Source: a phage. Taken from it: 64,000 bases of DNA. The DNA lies in the NCBI GenBank assembly GCA_012646185.1, contig GCA_012646185.1_4706.1. One strand, written 5' to 3'. Below are positions 1-10,208 of the stretch, piece by piece (position 1 is the stretch's first letter; every line of letters starts with the position of its first letter). The notes under the pieces were generated by a model. It worked only from the letters and a program-made list of their open reading frames with translations. It had not been told where the DNA came from and searched no databases. The position numbers and the translations under genes are program-made.

Positions 1-193
1 CCTCTAAGTGTTTCAAGTAGTTCCTGAAATTTATAACGATATTTAGGATTGCTTAACGTGTAGCAGCAGCCATGTACCACGTTATACGCGTAATCAACTT
101 GTAAACCACGAACCTTCGGATCCAATGATAGATTCAACGGCGCATCATCAAAAATCCACGCTTCAATGTTCTTCTTGGATTCCTTCGTTAACA
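1..193 (-). CDS. hypothetical protein, 5' portion only (gene continues beyond window start)
   Basis: Minus-strand reading frame runs off the window edge; ATG at 191-193 (plus-strand cat). Confidence 0.35.
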
Positions 194-326
194 TCGTTTT
201 TCACCTCGTCGTAAAAGTAAATAGAGTTTTGTCGAGACGCCCTAATTACTTACAACGTCGGTTCTCCCGGCTTCAGAGAATTCTTAAAATCCGTTAGTTT
301 TGATAGATAGGGTAAGACGGCATAAG

Positions 327-347
327 AGCCTCCCATTACGGGAGGCT
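327..347 (-). terminator. GC-rich stem-loop downstream of gene 360-908
   Basis: Inverted repeat agcctccc / gggaggct with 5-nt loop. Confidence 0.4.
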
Positions 348-359
348 TCATTAATCGGC

Positions 360-908
360 TTATTTCACAAGAACAGCGAATTCGAGAACATAAATAGCTT
401 CATCGTCCATCGGATTTGTTGTGGTATAACCAGCGAAGCAATAGCCCATATCCACGATAAACTCGCTAAGTTTATCGATGACTGATGCCCCGATACGATC
501 GTCAACAGACAGGCGACATTTACGGGTTATGTTTTGCCCGCGAGGAACGCCAGCTAACACGGATAGGAAATGTACGATCCGGTTATTGGTTGCGAACTGC
601 ATGTAATCATCGTAGTACTTAAGGTCTTTCATCGCAGACTCTACCGTCATACGACGACCAGGTGACACATACTCAGAATAAGAATAAGCTGCGATCGTAC
701 GACGATCTTCAGTAAGGTAAGTATTCCCTTCGGGATGATAACTCTCGACTGTTCCGTCTTCATGGGTGACGGTCACAACAGGTGCGCCGTACTCATCGCG
801 ACCGAAATCAATTTTACATTTATCCGAAAGCGGTAGAACCGTACAAGGCTTTGCACTGTTCTCATCAGGGAGATCGTAACCACTCATCATTTTCAAGAAC
901 ATAGACAT
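360..908 (-). CDS. hypothetical protein, paralog of 993-1526
   Basis: 182-aa ORF; N-terminal half shares NAKP, VTH.D, GN.Y, IA.Y.YS with the neighbouring ORF. Confidence 0.5.
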   Translation of the reverse strand: MSMFLKMMSGYDLPDENSAKPCTVLPLSDKCKIDFGRDEYGAPVVTVTHEDGTVESYHPEGNTYLTEDRRTIAAYSYSEYVSPGRRMTVESAMKDLKYYDDYMQFATNNRIVHFLSVLAGVPRGQNITRKCRLSVDDRIGASVIDKLSEFIVDMGYCFAGYTTTNPMDDEAIYVLEFAVLVK

Positions 909-992
909 AATAGAACCTCATGATAATAGATAATAGAAATGATAGATAGTACAACAAATTGAGGGGTATTATCCCACCCCTCGTAGGGATTA

Positions 993-1526
993 CTACTTAA
1001 CGATCGCGATGATTTTGCCACCCGCACCGGCGTAATATGCCGTTAACTTACCAGTAAACAACTCTTGTAAAAGACGATTTACGTTACTAACAAAATTAGG
1101 ATTGTCCGATTTTACAAAATCGATGTTTCGCGTTTGTTTTATATCACGATCGATTAAACGGATTTCCAACAACGCACAAATAAGGCGATCGTCGAGTTTA
1201 CCACTCGCATCCAGCACTTCCCCATACTTCGTAGCACGGACGTCCGCATACATACGGTCAACATCATCCTTCCCAAAACCACAGGAATAGGCATACGTTG
1301 CGATGGTGTTACCATTGTCCATCACATAAACGTTACCACCTGGGTAATCGATAAATCGTTGATCCTTATCACCATGAGTGACGAACTCCAGTGTCGGTCT
1401 ACCTAGTGAATCACGATTGAATTCGATAGTTGTCAAACGGTCAGGCACCACATGTAACGTAAACGGTTTTGCATTGTTACGATCGCTAGTATCGCAGTTA
1501 CCCATTACTTTTACGATAACACTCAT
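993..1526 (-). CDS. hypothetical protein, paralog of 360-908
   Basis: 177-aa ORF; tandem paralog, stem-loop gaggggt/acccctc downstream at 961-981. Confidence 0.5.
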   Translation of the reverse strand: MSVIVKVMGNCDTSDRNNAKPFTLHVVPDRLTTIEFNRDSLGRPTLEFVTHGDKDQRFIDYPGGNVYVMDNGNTIATYAYSCGFGKDDVDRMYADVRATKYGEVLDASGKLDDRLICALLEIRLIDRDIKQTRNIDFVKSDNPNFVSNVNRLLQELFTGKLTAYYAGAGGKIIAIVK

Positions 1527-1600
1527 GTTTTATTCCTTAGTAGTCCTAGTAGTAGTATTGAGGAATTTCACCTCATTAGATAGTCTATTTTGGTAATGTT

Positions 1601-1900
1601 TTACTGAAACAAGACATTAAATTCGACAAGATACCCATCGGATCTATCGCCCCGATAACGGTTGCAGAAAACACCGAATTTCATCAAGAACTCACATAGC
1701 TCTTCGGCTTTGTATAACGGAATACGATTTTCGTCGAGCAGAGGGCAACTATGGCTAACCCGCTCCGACGAATCAACGCAACACAAATAAAGAAGGAACC
1801 GAACAATAGCTCGGTTCTTAGTAAAGCTCTCGAATTCACCCACAGTTCTGAACTCATCGAGGAGCTTTGTCGTTTTCTTCAATCGTTCACGATCGAGCAT
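1601..1900 (-). CDS. hypothetical protein
   Basis: 99-aa ORF. Confidence 0.4.
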   Translation of the reverse strand: MLDRERLKKTTKLLDEFRTVGEFESFTKNRAIVRFLLYLCCVDSSERVSHSCPLLDENRIPLYKAEELCEFLMKFGVFCNRYRGDRSDGYLVEFNVLFQ

Positions 1901-1922
1901 GTTAACCTCAATACGAACATAA

Positions 1923-1954
1923 CCCTCCTCCTTCCCTTACGGGTTGGAGGAGGG
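1923..1954 (-). terminator. GC-rich stem-loop (ccctcctcc...ggaggaggg)
   Basis: Long inverted repeat immediately downstream of gene 1964-2278. Confidence 0.45.
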
Positions 1955-1963
1955 GATATACTG

Positions 1964-2278
1964 TTATTCTGTTTTCGGTGTTGAACCGTTCTTCTTGAAG
2001 TCGGATTCGTATTTCACGTTAGAATCGAGAACCTCACGAACGGTTTTATCTGTACAACCACGGGCGACGTATGCATTAAGATCGTCGCGTAATTTACGCA
2101 TCGTTGTTTTATCCGCATCAGAAACATCTGACTTGGTAAGACGGAATGCAATTGCATCACGAACTTTATTCAGCGTTGCTGGATTATTACGCTGCTCTGC
2201 AAATACCGCTTTGATGAATGTACCGCTATCTTTCGAAGCGATGGCTGCATCAAGAATTTCAATATGCTTTTCAGACAT
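1964..2278 (-). CDS. hypothetical protein
   Basis: 104-aa ORF. Confidence 0.45.
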   Translation of the reverse strand: MSEKHIEILDAAIASKDSGTFIKAVFAEQRNNPATLNKVRDAIAFRLTKSDVSDADKTTMRKLRDDLNAYVARGCTDKTVREVLDSNVKYESDFKKNGSTPKTE

Positions 2279-2329
2279 CTTCTTTCCTTTAATAAACGAT
2301 CATCGTCATATTCATTGCGCAGGATGCTA

Positions 2330-3655
2330 TCACTTCAAAAGCTTAGACACCGCCATGCTTCGCGCCATCGCAACGTCATACGCATCCATGATCGCGTCAC
2401 CGATAGCGGTATGACGGATCAACGGAATACCCATATCTGGATACTCTTTGGTGCCTAAGATGGATACCGGTTTGTCTTGATACGCGGCAACCATCGAACG
2501 AATATCCTGAACCTGGTTATAACGGCAGATTGGTTTGAAGCCCGCTTTACGGAACCAATGCTCTAATTGCGGCCAATCTGTTTCACCACGAGCAAGATAA
2601 TAGAAGGTATCTTTACCGTAGTATTCGGTCATTTTGTCACGAATACTGTTGACGAACGCATTTACTTCGGCGATGGCTTCTTTATAACCCATTGCCTTAC
2701 AATGTTGAAAACAATAGTCGCGCGCTTCCTTTGGTGCTTTGGTTTGCCACCATTCTACTGTTGATTCACTGATACGACCACCGTCAGCGATTTGACCATG
2801 AACGTCAGGGAAGATATCTATACGCGGACCGTTAACAATGGATTCTGGATTAGCCAGATCGAAGAACACGATACCGATTTCCAGCAATACTCCATTCTTT
2901 TCCAGACTAAGGTTTTCAACATCTAAACAAAATGCGGGCTTCTCTACCGCTAACGGCTCGAACGAATGGTTGCTGGTATCCGATTCGGTTTTAAGTTCGA
3001 CGACAGCCGGATCGGTATCCGTAGGTTTCAGTTCTACTACAGCATCATCGAGTCCCGATAACGAAAAATAGTCTTCGAAGAAATCGGATATCGTCATACC
3101 ATGCAAATTGATATCGCAATCTTCCAACCATTGCTTCAACTGGTGCTCACCGGCATGAATCGCTAAACGGCACGGTCCGGAACGATCATCTAGCGCTGCA
3201 TCGATCCAGAAGAAAGCGCGTATAAGTAAGTAAGGATTATACTCCGCGATGATTTCTTGGCTAGCCGAGAAATCGTACACCATTAGTTGTATTATTCCCT
3301 TACGCGTGTTATACGGATCAACTTTCAATCGACGCACTATTTCTTCTACGAATTCCAACGCGCGCGTGTACGAGGTGGACCCACCTTGTTCATACGAACA
3401 TATACCCGTCAAAAGTTCCTTATAGGACGCATATGGAACCATAGGCGATAATTTGTACGACAGTTCAGTATTGTAATTATCGCATAATTTCTTCGGGGCG
3501 ATAGCATCCTGTATCGCTGTAATAAACGCCGGTCCATCAATATCAAACAACCATCCTTGACGCCGGTATGCAGTGTACCGTAATAACGCACCGATAACTG
3601 CCTGGGGCGGTGTATATTCTTTCCCGTTAATTTCAAACAGTAGTTTGCTCATCAT
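2330..3655 (-). CDS. protein with C-terminal DEDDh-type 3'-5' exonuclease domain
   Basis: 441-aa ORF; Exo I-like FCLDVENLS, Exo III-like RHTAIGDAIMDAYD (H-x-A-x-x-D-A); internal repeat AVVELK x2. Confidence 0.55.
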   Translation of the reverse strand: MMSKLLFEINGKEYTPPQAVIGALLRYTAYRRQGWLFDIDGPAFITAIQDAIAPKKLCDNYNTELSYKLSPMVPYASYKELLTGICSYEQGGSTSYTRALEFVEEIVRRLKVDPYNTRKGIIQLMVYDFSASQEIIAEYNPYLLIRAFFWIDAALDDRSGPCRLAIHAGEHQLKQWLEDCDINLHGMTISDFFEDYFSLSGLDDAVVELKPTDTDPAVVELKTESDTSNHSFEPLAVEKPAFCLDVENLSLEKNGVLLEIGIVFFDLANPESIVNGPRIDIFPDVHGQIADGGRISESTVEWWQTKAPKEARDYCFQHCKAMGYKEAIAEVNAFVNSIRDKMTEYYGKDTFYYLARGETDWPQLEHWFRKAGFKPICRYNQVQDIRSMVAAYQDKPVSILGTKEYPDMGIPLIRHTAIGDAIMDAYDVAMARSMAVSKLLK

Positions 3656-3667
3656 AACACCTTTTCA

Positions 3668-4003
3668 TTATTCTGGTTTATCTGTTGTCAGGCCGAGTCC
3701 GGTCAATATCACGTAATCATACCACGCTTTTACTTCTGCTTTCGCTTCATCTAAACTGAATGCGTTGATGTGCGGAAACTCATCGTTGACTGGGAAAGGT
3801 AAATCGCAGTCGTAGCTTGTATCGTCTTTCCAACCTTTCCATTCGATCGTTAGGGAACCAAAAACGGTCTCAGCGACAACATGATTATAGCGACAGTTTT
3901 CACACGGTGCGTGCTCTTCCGACCACACAAGCTCATGCTGCGCTAAAAGTTGTTGTACAACCGATAATGGTTGCTCTTCATTAAGTTCGATACTGTCTAT
4001 CAT
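3668..4003 (-). CDS. hypothetical protein
   Basis: 111-aa ORF, 4-nt overlap with next gene. Confidence 0.45.
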   Translation of the reverse strand: MIDSIELNEEQPLSVVQQLLAQHELVWSEEHAPCENCRYNHVVAETVFGSLTIEWKGWKDDTSYDCDLPFPVNDEFPHINAFSLDEAKAEVKAWYDYVILTGLGLTTDKPE

Positions 4004-4596
4004 CGCATACCCTCCTTTTCCTTATCGTAATCGCTGCAAATATTGACAAACGCAGTATTATCAGACAGCGTGGCGACCATCTGACGGATTGCGACCAATG
4101 GTTCAAGTTTAGGATTGATTGATTCACCGGTCAACGCGCTTATTGCTCGTGTGATCTCAACCAAATCAACGTTCGGGTCTTTGTCATCAATAATGAGTAA
4201 ACTCTTCGCCGGTTTCTGACGACGTTTGATGATCAACAAATACGTGATGAGGTTCTCACGCCAAGCATCAGAATCCAGATTGCGTATCAGGGTTAACGCG
4301 CGACGCTCTTCCGCCCATGATGGTTTCTCACGGATAACAGGCATGTAAGATAATTGCTCAGCAAGCCCTTTCAAACTGACACGGTTGGTGCCACCGGGAT
4401 GCTCACTAATCCGCAACATCTCGGTTAACAGACGGACATAGGCGGCTGTTGTCGAAACACCCCTCAGCGGCAGGAACACATTATGTCCTGGAACCCCATC
4501 GTGACTCAGCGGTGCGATATACGCCATGAATCGCCGAATATCATCATCGGTCTGTTCTCCAGCAACGAACTTAAACGCTTCACGTAAAACGCTCAC
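4000..4596 (-). CDS. hypothetical protein
   Basis: 198-aa ORF. Confidence 0.45.
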   Translation of the reverse strand: MSVLREAFKFVAGEQTDDDIRRFMAYIAPLSHDGVPGHNVFLPLRGVSTTAAYVRLLTEMLRISEHPGGTNRVSLKGLAEQLSYMPVIREKPSWAEERRALTLIRNLDSDAWRENLITYLLIIKRRQKPAKSLLIIDDKDPNVDLVEITRAISALTGESINPKLEPLVAIRQMVATLSDNTAFVNICSDYDKEKEGMR

Positions 4597-4882
4597 TATG
4601 AAGTCTCCTTAATGTTTCTTGCATGCGTAGTCTCTTCGGCAGAAATAGACGTTTGTATAGATCGATTAACAGATAACGCATAACGGAAGCAACCACCAGG
4701 TATTCGCCTTCGGCTTCCGAGTAGCGTATCATGTTAATCGGATAGTTCAAATAAGAATAAGAAAAGAGATCATCGTTGGTGAGGTGATGATCTTCAAGAT
4801 ACTGACGAAACAATTCTGCTAAGGCATCGTACTCCATTCCGTAGTAACACAACGATACCTGTCTTACCGACAGTCGTTTCAT
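4580..4882 (-). CDS. hypothetical protein
   Basis: 100-aa ORF. Confidence 0.4.
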   Translation of the reverse strand: MKRLSVRQVSLCYYGMEYDALAELFRQYLEDHHLTNDDLFSYSYLNYPINMIRYSEAEGEYLVVASVMRYLLIDLYKRLFLPKRLRMQETLRRLHSERFT

Positions 4883-5721
4883 GCTGGGTTACCTTTTAGT
4901 TTTCCGCGTATCATGTCAACAACGCGTGAGGGATCAGAAATAACATTGGCGATAAGATGATCGATAGGTAGGTCGAGAATGATATTCTTCAGCTGGAAAG
5001 CCGTATCTTTACGACGCACGCCATAGAACACACCATCTTTAAACACAACCTCGTACGAAATGGGGAGCTGGCTAATAACCGTGTTAGCGTAATCACCCAA
5101 CCACATCGACCCCGCCATCAGATGCGCACAAACCGCATGACTAATACGCACATCTTTGTTCTTCCGGCTAACGTCTTTGGTTTTCGACATGGTGACCAGA
5201 AGCTCGCTGATCTTACTCAACATATCGTCGTATACCCCAAAGAACTTAATCAGTTGTCGGGCACCTAACGATATATATGTTTCCCGTGGTAAGACACAAC
5301 ACACCTGCGGTAACGTTCCAACCCCATAAACACAACTGTGTGGCGATAATGGGAGCAAATCAGCAACCGCGTTTTTGATGTTGTTATACTCAACGATATC
5401 ATTGAACGGTGAAAGGCCTTTCGTAATCGGTTTATCAATCGCCACATCGAACTCCGCGAACGTCCATGCTGCTTTACGTGGTTCCGCTTTCTGGTACGGT
5501 GGAGCCAGTACCGCGACAACGCGAAGCCGATGTTCATGGGTATCACGCAGCTTAAGTTGGATACCCTCATCGTCACCCTCACGCACAAGTGAGTAGCGGC
5601 TTGCGCAGTCATCACATACCACCGTTGGTTCGTGTTGACCGTATGCTGCAAGCATCGGTTTACTAAGATCTTTATCACAGTGTTTACAGCGATGATCCTG
5701 TTCCTGATAACTAATTTTCAC
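4879..5721 (-). CDS. hypothetical protein with N-terminal zinc ribbon
   Basis: 280-aa ORF; CKHCD...CDDC. Confidence 0.45.
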   Translation of the reverse strand: MKISYQEQDHRCKHCDKDLSKPMLAAYGQHEPTVVCDDCASRYSLVREGDDEGIQLKLRDTHEHRLRVVAVLAPPYQKAEPRKAAWTFAEFDVAIDKPITKGLSPFNDIVEYNNIKNAVADLLPLSPHSCVYGVGTLPQVCCVLPRETYISLGARQLIKFFGVYDDMLSKISELLVTMSKTKDVSRKNKDVRISHAVCAHLMAGSMWLGDYANTVISQLPISYEVVFKDGVFYGVRRKDTAFQLKNIILDLPIDHLIANVISDPSRVVDMIRGKLKGNPA

Positions 5722-5736
5722 ACCGAGACCCCTTTG

Positions 5737-6693
5737 TTAATGCAAGACACGATCTGCTGGAATTATCGAAGCATTGCTGTCGGACAGATTCGTCGCTTTA
5801 CGATCAGGACTGAATCGACGAGCGTTCTCTTCATGGTAGTTGACAGGGTTATCCTGTTTTAACAGTTCCATTGCCTCATCAAACGTTAGTTCCCGAAATC
5901 CTCTTGGATAGAGGAACAGGGGTTCATCAACATCCAGCCCTTTAACAAACCCGTGCGACAACCAGACACTACCATCAGCACTGTAAAGAACCGGCTCAAC
6001 GTCATAATCCAAGACGTATTGATACCAATAATTAAACAGTTGAGCAATCCACCGATTACGTAATAAGTAATCGATCGTAACCGCACTACGCACGCTGTGG
6101 CACCAGCCGATCTTACCATCAACTTTCTGCAGCAACGTACCCTCATTTGCTTGATGAATAACCGCATTAAATAACCACGCGAGATCGGTTGCGAAAAGTG
6201 CGGCTTCTTGAATATCGCTAATGTAACGCATGGGTATCGTCAGATGCGTGCGGTAATGTGACATTGCCTCTTCGTAGTTGTCTCCTTCGATGCAGAGAGT
6301 CCCGTTTGGCGACAGATGTCCCTGATTCAACGACTGACCAATATAAAGATCAGCGATCGCGTTAATATATTCGACGGTGCCCAAGGTTAACTCAGACATA
6401 AAACAATCGACATCAACAGCCATCGATGTGCTGGAAACAAACGGATTGGTTGGGCGAGTTGTATTAGAGAAAATAATCGACCAAATCGCTTCGTGTTTTT
6501 CATCCGATGGCAAAAACGAAATATGGCGTTCTGCGCTATTATCGACAACAAATACCTTAACGGTTTTCAAACAGCTAGTACAAACATAGCACGTGTTCGG
6601 CAACGGCATATCCGAAAACATATCGTAACGAATCGATGCCAACGAAATGTCATGTCCGCAATGAGGGCATGTCGTATCAATAAGCGTTTTCAT
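5737..6693 (-). CDS. hypothetical protein with N-terminal zinc ribbon
   Basis: 318-aa ORF; CPHCG...CYVCTSC. Confidence 0.45.
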   Translation of the reverse strand: MKTLIDTTCPHCGHDISLASIRYDMFSDMPLPNTCYVCTSCLKTVKVFVVDNSAERHISFLPSDEKHEAIWSIIFSNTTRPTNPFVSSTSMAVDVDCFMSELTLGTVEYINAIADLYIGQSLNQGHLSPNGTLCIEGDNYEEAMSHYRTHLTIPMRYISDIQEAALFATDLAWLFNAVIHQANEGTLLQKVDGKIGWCHSVRSAVTIDYLLRNRWIAQLFNYWYQYVLDYDVEPVLYSADGSVWLSHGFVKGLDVDEPLFLYPRGFRELTFDEAMELLKQDNPVNYHEENARRFSPDRKATNLSDSNASIIPADRVLH

Positions 6694-6956
6694 TATTGAA
6701 TTCCTTTTGATAAGAATAACTGAATATCGGTAAACTGTTCTTCAGGAACATCGTCAGCAGCCGTTAGAACCTTAGAGCCATGTTCATTGAGGTAAGCTTC
6801 CCGTAGACAACGATGACGTCGATTGGCTTCCTGGAACTCAGTGTCCGTCATGTAAACCAGCGTAAACTTCGAACGTTTATTCGGATTGTATCTCTTATTA
6901 CGTTTCTTTGGTTTCTTCGCCATAATAGCCTCGTGAAGGTGGATGGGCACACCCAT
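6693..6956 (-). CDS. small basic protein (start uncertain)
   Basis: 87-aa ORF; lysine/arginine-rich N-terminus MAKKPKKRNKRYNPNKR. Confidence 0.3.
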   Translation of the reverse strand: MGVPIHLHEAIMAKKPKKRNKRYNPNKRSKFTLVYMTDTEFQEANRRHRCLREAYLNEHGSKVLTAADDVPEEQFTDIQLFLSKGIQ

Positions 6957-6986
6957 CCACCTTCCTCCATGTTAAAGTGCGTTCAT

Positions 6987-7493
6987 TTATTCAGGTGTAC
7001 GTACGGTACGCGTGTTGGGATCAACCATTGCTGGCACACCCGCTGGACATTTACGGACATCGATCCGCATCTCCGGCTCGATCGGACGAACGCGATACGT
7101 TTTGCCGTCATCGGTTAACACCGAAATGGTCAACGCTTGGTTCAATTCACTAACGAAGCTCACCAAACGCTGTTGTCCGCCCTTCGACCAGAAGTTAAGA
7201 TCGGTTTCTCCATTGAAATAACTGATTCCATCAGCGGTTCCAATCGTGATTTTAACGATACCTGGATAGTCACGAAGAAGAGGTGCCTGATAACCTTCAT
7301 CTTCCGTATCCAGTTTTACCCACGCGCCTCCCGTAGACAAGCAGTTAACTTCCAAGGCGGTTGGTGCACTGACTTCTGCTGATGACCAGGTATACATCGT
7401 GCCTAGTTTAGCGTGTCCAGTTTCCAGTTCGCTATAATCCCAAGCATGTGCTGAAGCCGCAATAAACAAAGTCGCAAGAAACAACTTTTTCAT
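6987..7493 (-). CDS. secreted/periplasmic protein with Sec-type signal peptide
   Basis: 168-aa ORF; N-terminus MKKLFLATLFIAASAHA followed by W (n-h-c organisation, AHA cleavage motif). Confidence 0.55.
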   Translation of the reverse strand: MKKLFLATLFIAASAHAWDYSELETGHAKLGTMYTWSSAEVSAPTALEVNCLSTGGAWVKLDTEDEGYQAPLLRDYPGIVKITIGTADGISYFNGETDLNFWSKGGQQRLVSFVSELNQALTISVLTDDGKTYRVRPIEPEMRIDVRKCPAGVPAMVDPNTRTVRTPE

Positions 7494-7547
7494 TCTTTCG
7501 ATTCCTATTAAAAGTGACCGATTTCTGTGGTCGAGATTGCTAATAAA

Positions 7548-8009
7548 TTAATTCCGGTTTTGTTTCCGTATTGCACGGTTACGTTTACGTTCTTGGTCTT
7601 TGACTGTACCAAGAAACTTCTTTAATTCTGACGGTTCGAGCGTACCCTCACGTACCACACCGTTTTGTTCGATATGGTACGACCAATAACCAACTTCAGC
7701 CGTTAAGGATAACGTTGTCGGTTGTTCGTCAGGTAACGATCGGGGTGAGAAAATAAAGAGTAATTCAAAAGGCGTTTCTCGGCTGATGGTGGGGCGGATA
7801 CTCACATCAAGTCCCTCCCATCGCTGAGGTTTAAATATTCCTCCGGCGGCGATGATTGTCTCCGAGCGCTGGTCTACAAGCTCAGCTAATTCACGATCAT
7901 CGTTGAAATAAATATCGTGAAGGATATCCGTATCGATAAAAAACCCGCGATCCGAATCGTGACGAACAATGGAATTCTTCATTCTAACGCCTTTATTGTT
8001 TGTTTTCAT
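7548..8009 (-). CDS. hypothetical protein
   Basis: 153-aa ORF. Confidence 0.4.
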   Translation of the reverse strand: MKTNNKGVRMKNSIVRHDSDRGFFIDTDILHDIYFNDDRELAELVDQRSETIIAAGGIFKPQRWEGLDVSIRPTISRETPFELLFIFSPRSLPDEQPTTLSLTAEVGYWSYHIEQNGVVREGTLEPSELKKFLGTVKDQERKRNRAIRKQNRN

Positions 8010-8056
8010 GTCCTATACGAACATGAAAAACCGTTAATTTTTACCGTAGTCGTGTG

Positions 8057-8332
8057 TTAAAAATCCACGCCGCGACCCGTCATCGACGAAGGAACCGCGC
8101 GATAATAGAAGTAGATGTAATGGTCACGATGGCTAAAACAGTTTTTGCAAGCATAGAACTCTCCAGATCCAATGAATGATTTAATACGTGTAACTTGAGG
8201 GTGTCGTGTGAGTAACGCCTGTAGAACGATTTCCATTTGGTGTGCGCTCAAACCAGGTCGAGCTGCAACATGATAATGAAGCTCCTTAAGAAATCGCTTC
8301 CAGGGGTCAGGTTGTGTCGATGATCGAGACAT
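8057..8332 (-). CDS. hypothetical protein
   Basis: 91-aa ORF. Confidence 0.35.
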   Translation of the reverse strand: MSRSSTQPDPWKRFLKELHYHVAARPGLSAHQMEIVLQALLTRHPQVTRIKSFIGSGEFYACKNCFSHRDHYIYFYYRAVPSSMTGRGVDF

Positions 8333-8370
8333 CTTTATCTCCTTAACGGGTGCTGGTAACGCAGCATAAA

Positions 8371-8388
8371 CCCTCCCCGAAGGGAGGG
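8371..8388 (-). terminator. GC-rich stem-loop ccctccc-gaa-gggaggg
   Basis: Perfect 7-bp inverted repeat downstream of gene 8399-8956. Confidence 0.45.
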
Positions 8389-8398
8389 CGGTTAACGT

Positions 8399-8956
8399 TT
8401 ACTCCATCCATACTTCTTCGTCGTAATGATTTTCTATCGCATTACGCCAAAAACGTACGGTGTCCAAACTAATCGGTGCGTAAAAGTGTTGGTCAACGCC
8501 GACGTTAAGTCCGTTGGCCTTCGCTAACATACAGCGATGAATATGACCGAATAAATTAAAGTAGCCTGGGTTTCTTTCGCTGGGCTTATGGCATAGCCAG
8601 TAGGATTCGTCATTGCTAATCGGCAATACCAGCGGGTGCTCATAAACAGCAGCAAACCCCATACCGAGCAGTTTATCACGCCACGCTTCGAAGCTTAATC
8701 CTGTCGCTTTGTATGCGTCTTCGTCCCAATTCCCCATTACCAATTGAACCTGGATATCAGAACGAATGGCTTCCACGAACTCGAACTTACCCCAATCACC
8801 TAAATGCCATAACACACTGTTCTTTGGAAGGTTGTTGATGGCTTTCAGCATATGCTGGTTCATATCGGCGACGCTTGCGAACGGACGGCGTGAATACGTC
8901 CATGTACGCTCGCTATCAAAATGGGTATCCGACATAAAGAAGATGGGTGGGGTCAT
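8399..8956 (-). CDS. calcineurin-like metallophosphoesterase
   Basis: 185-aa ORF; motifs SDTHFD (D-x-H), HLGDW (GD), GNWD (GNHD-like), GHIH (GH-x-H). Confidence 0.7.
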   Translation of the reverse strand: MTPPIFFMSDTHFDSERTWTYSRRPFASVADMNQHMLKAINNLPKNSVLWHLGDWGKFEFVEAIRSDIQVQLVMGNWDEDAYKATGLSFEAWRDKLLGMGFAAVYEHPLVLPISNDESYWLCHKPSERNPGYFNLFGHIHRCMLAKANGLNVGVDQHFYAPISLDTVRFWRNAIENHYDEEVWME

Positions 8957-9435
8957 TGATTTAATTGCTCCAGAAATGCGCGACCCGATTTACTTGCTTT
9001 TAAATGCTGTTCTGCGGAAGTAAGCAGAAGATCGGTTGGCGTATATGCAGCGCTACCTTTCCACGCTGTTTTCAGTTTACCCTTTTCGATACTGAACTGA
9101 ATCAGTTGTTGGGTACCGAAGTTAAGCGTGTTCGTCGCGGCGCTAAATACACCGCCCATCATGCTGTAACCAAAGACTTTCACGTTTTCCGTGTAGAAGT
9201 CGTTATCGATCAATTTGTTCTGGAGCTCGAGTTGGTCGGACGGCAGCAATCCCCCATCAAAGACGCTTAAAATACCAGCCAGGCGATACATGCTCACCTT
9301 TCCTGAAACGCCCACCACGTAGTTGCCGTACAGGGTTTCTTCCAGTTTAGCAACAACGGTGCGATCGTCGGAGGTTTTCATCGAAACCTCAATACCATCA
9401 CCAACTTCTGTTAACGTTAAATCAACGATACTCAT
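8953..9435 (-). CDS. hypothetical protein
   Basis: 160-aa ORF. Confidence 0.45.
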   Translation of the reverse strand: MSIVDLTLTEVGDGIEVSMKTSDDRTVVAKLEETLYGNYVVGVSGKVSMYRLAGILSVFDGGLLPSDQLELQNKLIDNDFYTENVKVFGYSMMGGVFSAATNTLNFGTQQLIQFSIEKGKLKTAWKGSAAYTPTDLLLTSAEQHLKASKSGRAFLEQLNQ

Positions 9436-9456
9436 TCATTATTCTCCGCTTTCATG

Positions 9457-10143
9457 TTAACACATGATTTCACCATGTTTCTTTTCAACATACGTATAAA
9501 CGTCATCCAAATAAGCAATGAGTTTATCACGATCCGCACAGAGCGATTTAATCACCGCAATCTCTTTCATATAAAGCTGCTGACCTAACGCCGGATACGT
9601 AATCCATGCGTAGCCGTCAGGCGCAAATTTAGAAATAAGATAATCAGCGGTTTCCTGTAATGCGAACTCTTTACTCATCTGGCCGTAACGATGTTCGATT
9701 GCACGGATACCAAAACGTTCGTTATCAAGACGACCCATATCCGCCAAACGAAGCACCTGAGAAGCAACCGAGCTACGTGGACCAGAGTACGAGGCACGAT
9801 GTTCAGCAATAAGTACGCGTATCTCCTCGATGTCCTCCGGTGTGAAAATATGCTGCTCGTTACGAAGCAGGATAACCGATGCACGAATACCCCCGATAAG
9901 GTGGTGGTATGTTCTGTTTTCGTGGCAAGCGATATCATGCATAAAAGCAGCGGTTAATAGACGACGACGTTCCGTGGGTCTGATGATCCCAACCACATCA
10001 GCAAGTTCATTTGCCAGTTCAACAACAGCAAGCACATGTTCTTCTTGATGTGCAAGATCGTTCTTCCGAATATTTTCAATTACTTCAGCGCGTGTTTCCT
10101 GAGATAAGAAATTTAAACAATCCAACGAATATAAAGATTTCAT
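9457..10143 (-). CDS. putative HD-domain phosphohydrolase
   Basis: 228-aa ORF; H...HD signature (HQEEHVLAV...AAFMHDIACHE). Confidence 0.5.
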   Translation of the reverse strand: MKSLYSLDCLNFLSQETRAEVIENIRKNDLAHQEEHVLAVVELANELADVVGIIRPTERRRLLTAAFMHDIACHENRTYHHLIGGIRASVILLRNEQHIFTPEDIEEIRVLIAEHRASYSGPRSSVASQVLRLADMGRLDNERFGIRAIEHRYGQMSKEFALQETADYLISKFAPDGYAWITYPALGQQLYMKEIAVIKSLCADRDKLIAYLDDVYTYVEKKHGEIMC

Positions 10144-10184
10144 CGCACGTACCTCTTTGAATCTATTAATAAATTTTCTTTACT

Positions 10185-10208
10185 CACGTAAGTAATATAG
10201 CCGTGAAA
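10185..10208 (-). promoter_or_regulatory. early-promoter-like motif (minus-strand TTTCACGGCTATATTACTTACGTG)
   Basis: Contains TATATTAC; about 45 nt upstream of gene 9457-10143; one of four near-identical copies. Confidence 0.5.

Noticed and set aside
5265-5678. 137-aa ORF in an alternative minus-strand frame
   Set aside because: Entirely inside gene 4879-5721; composition looks non-coding.
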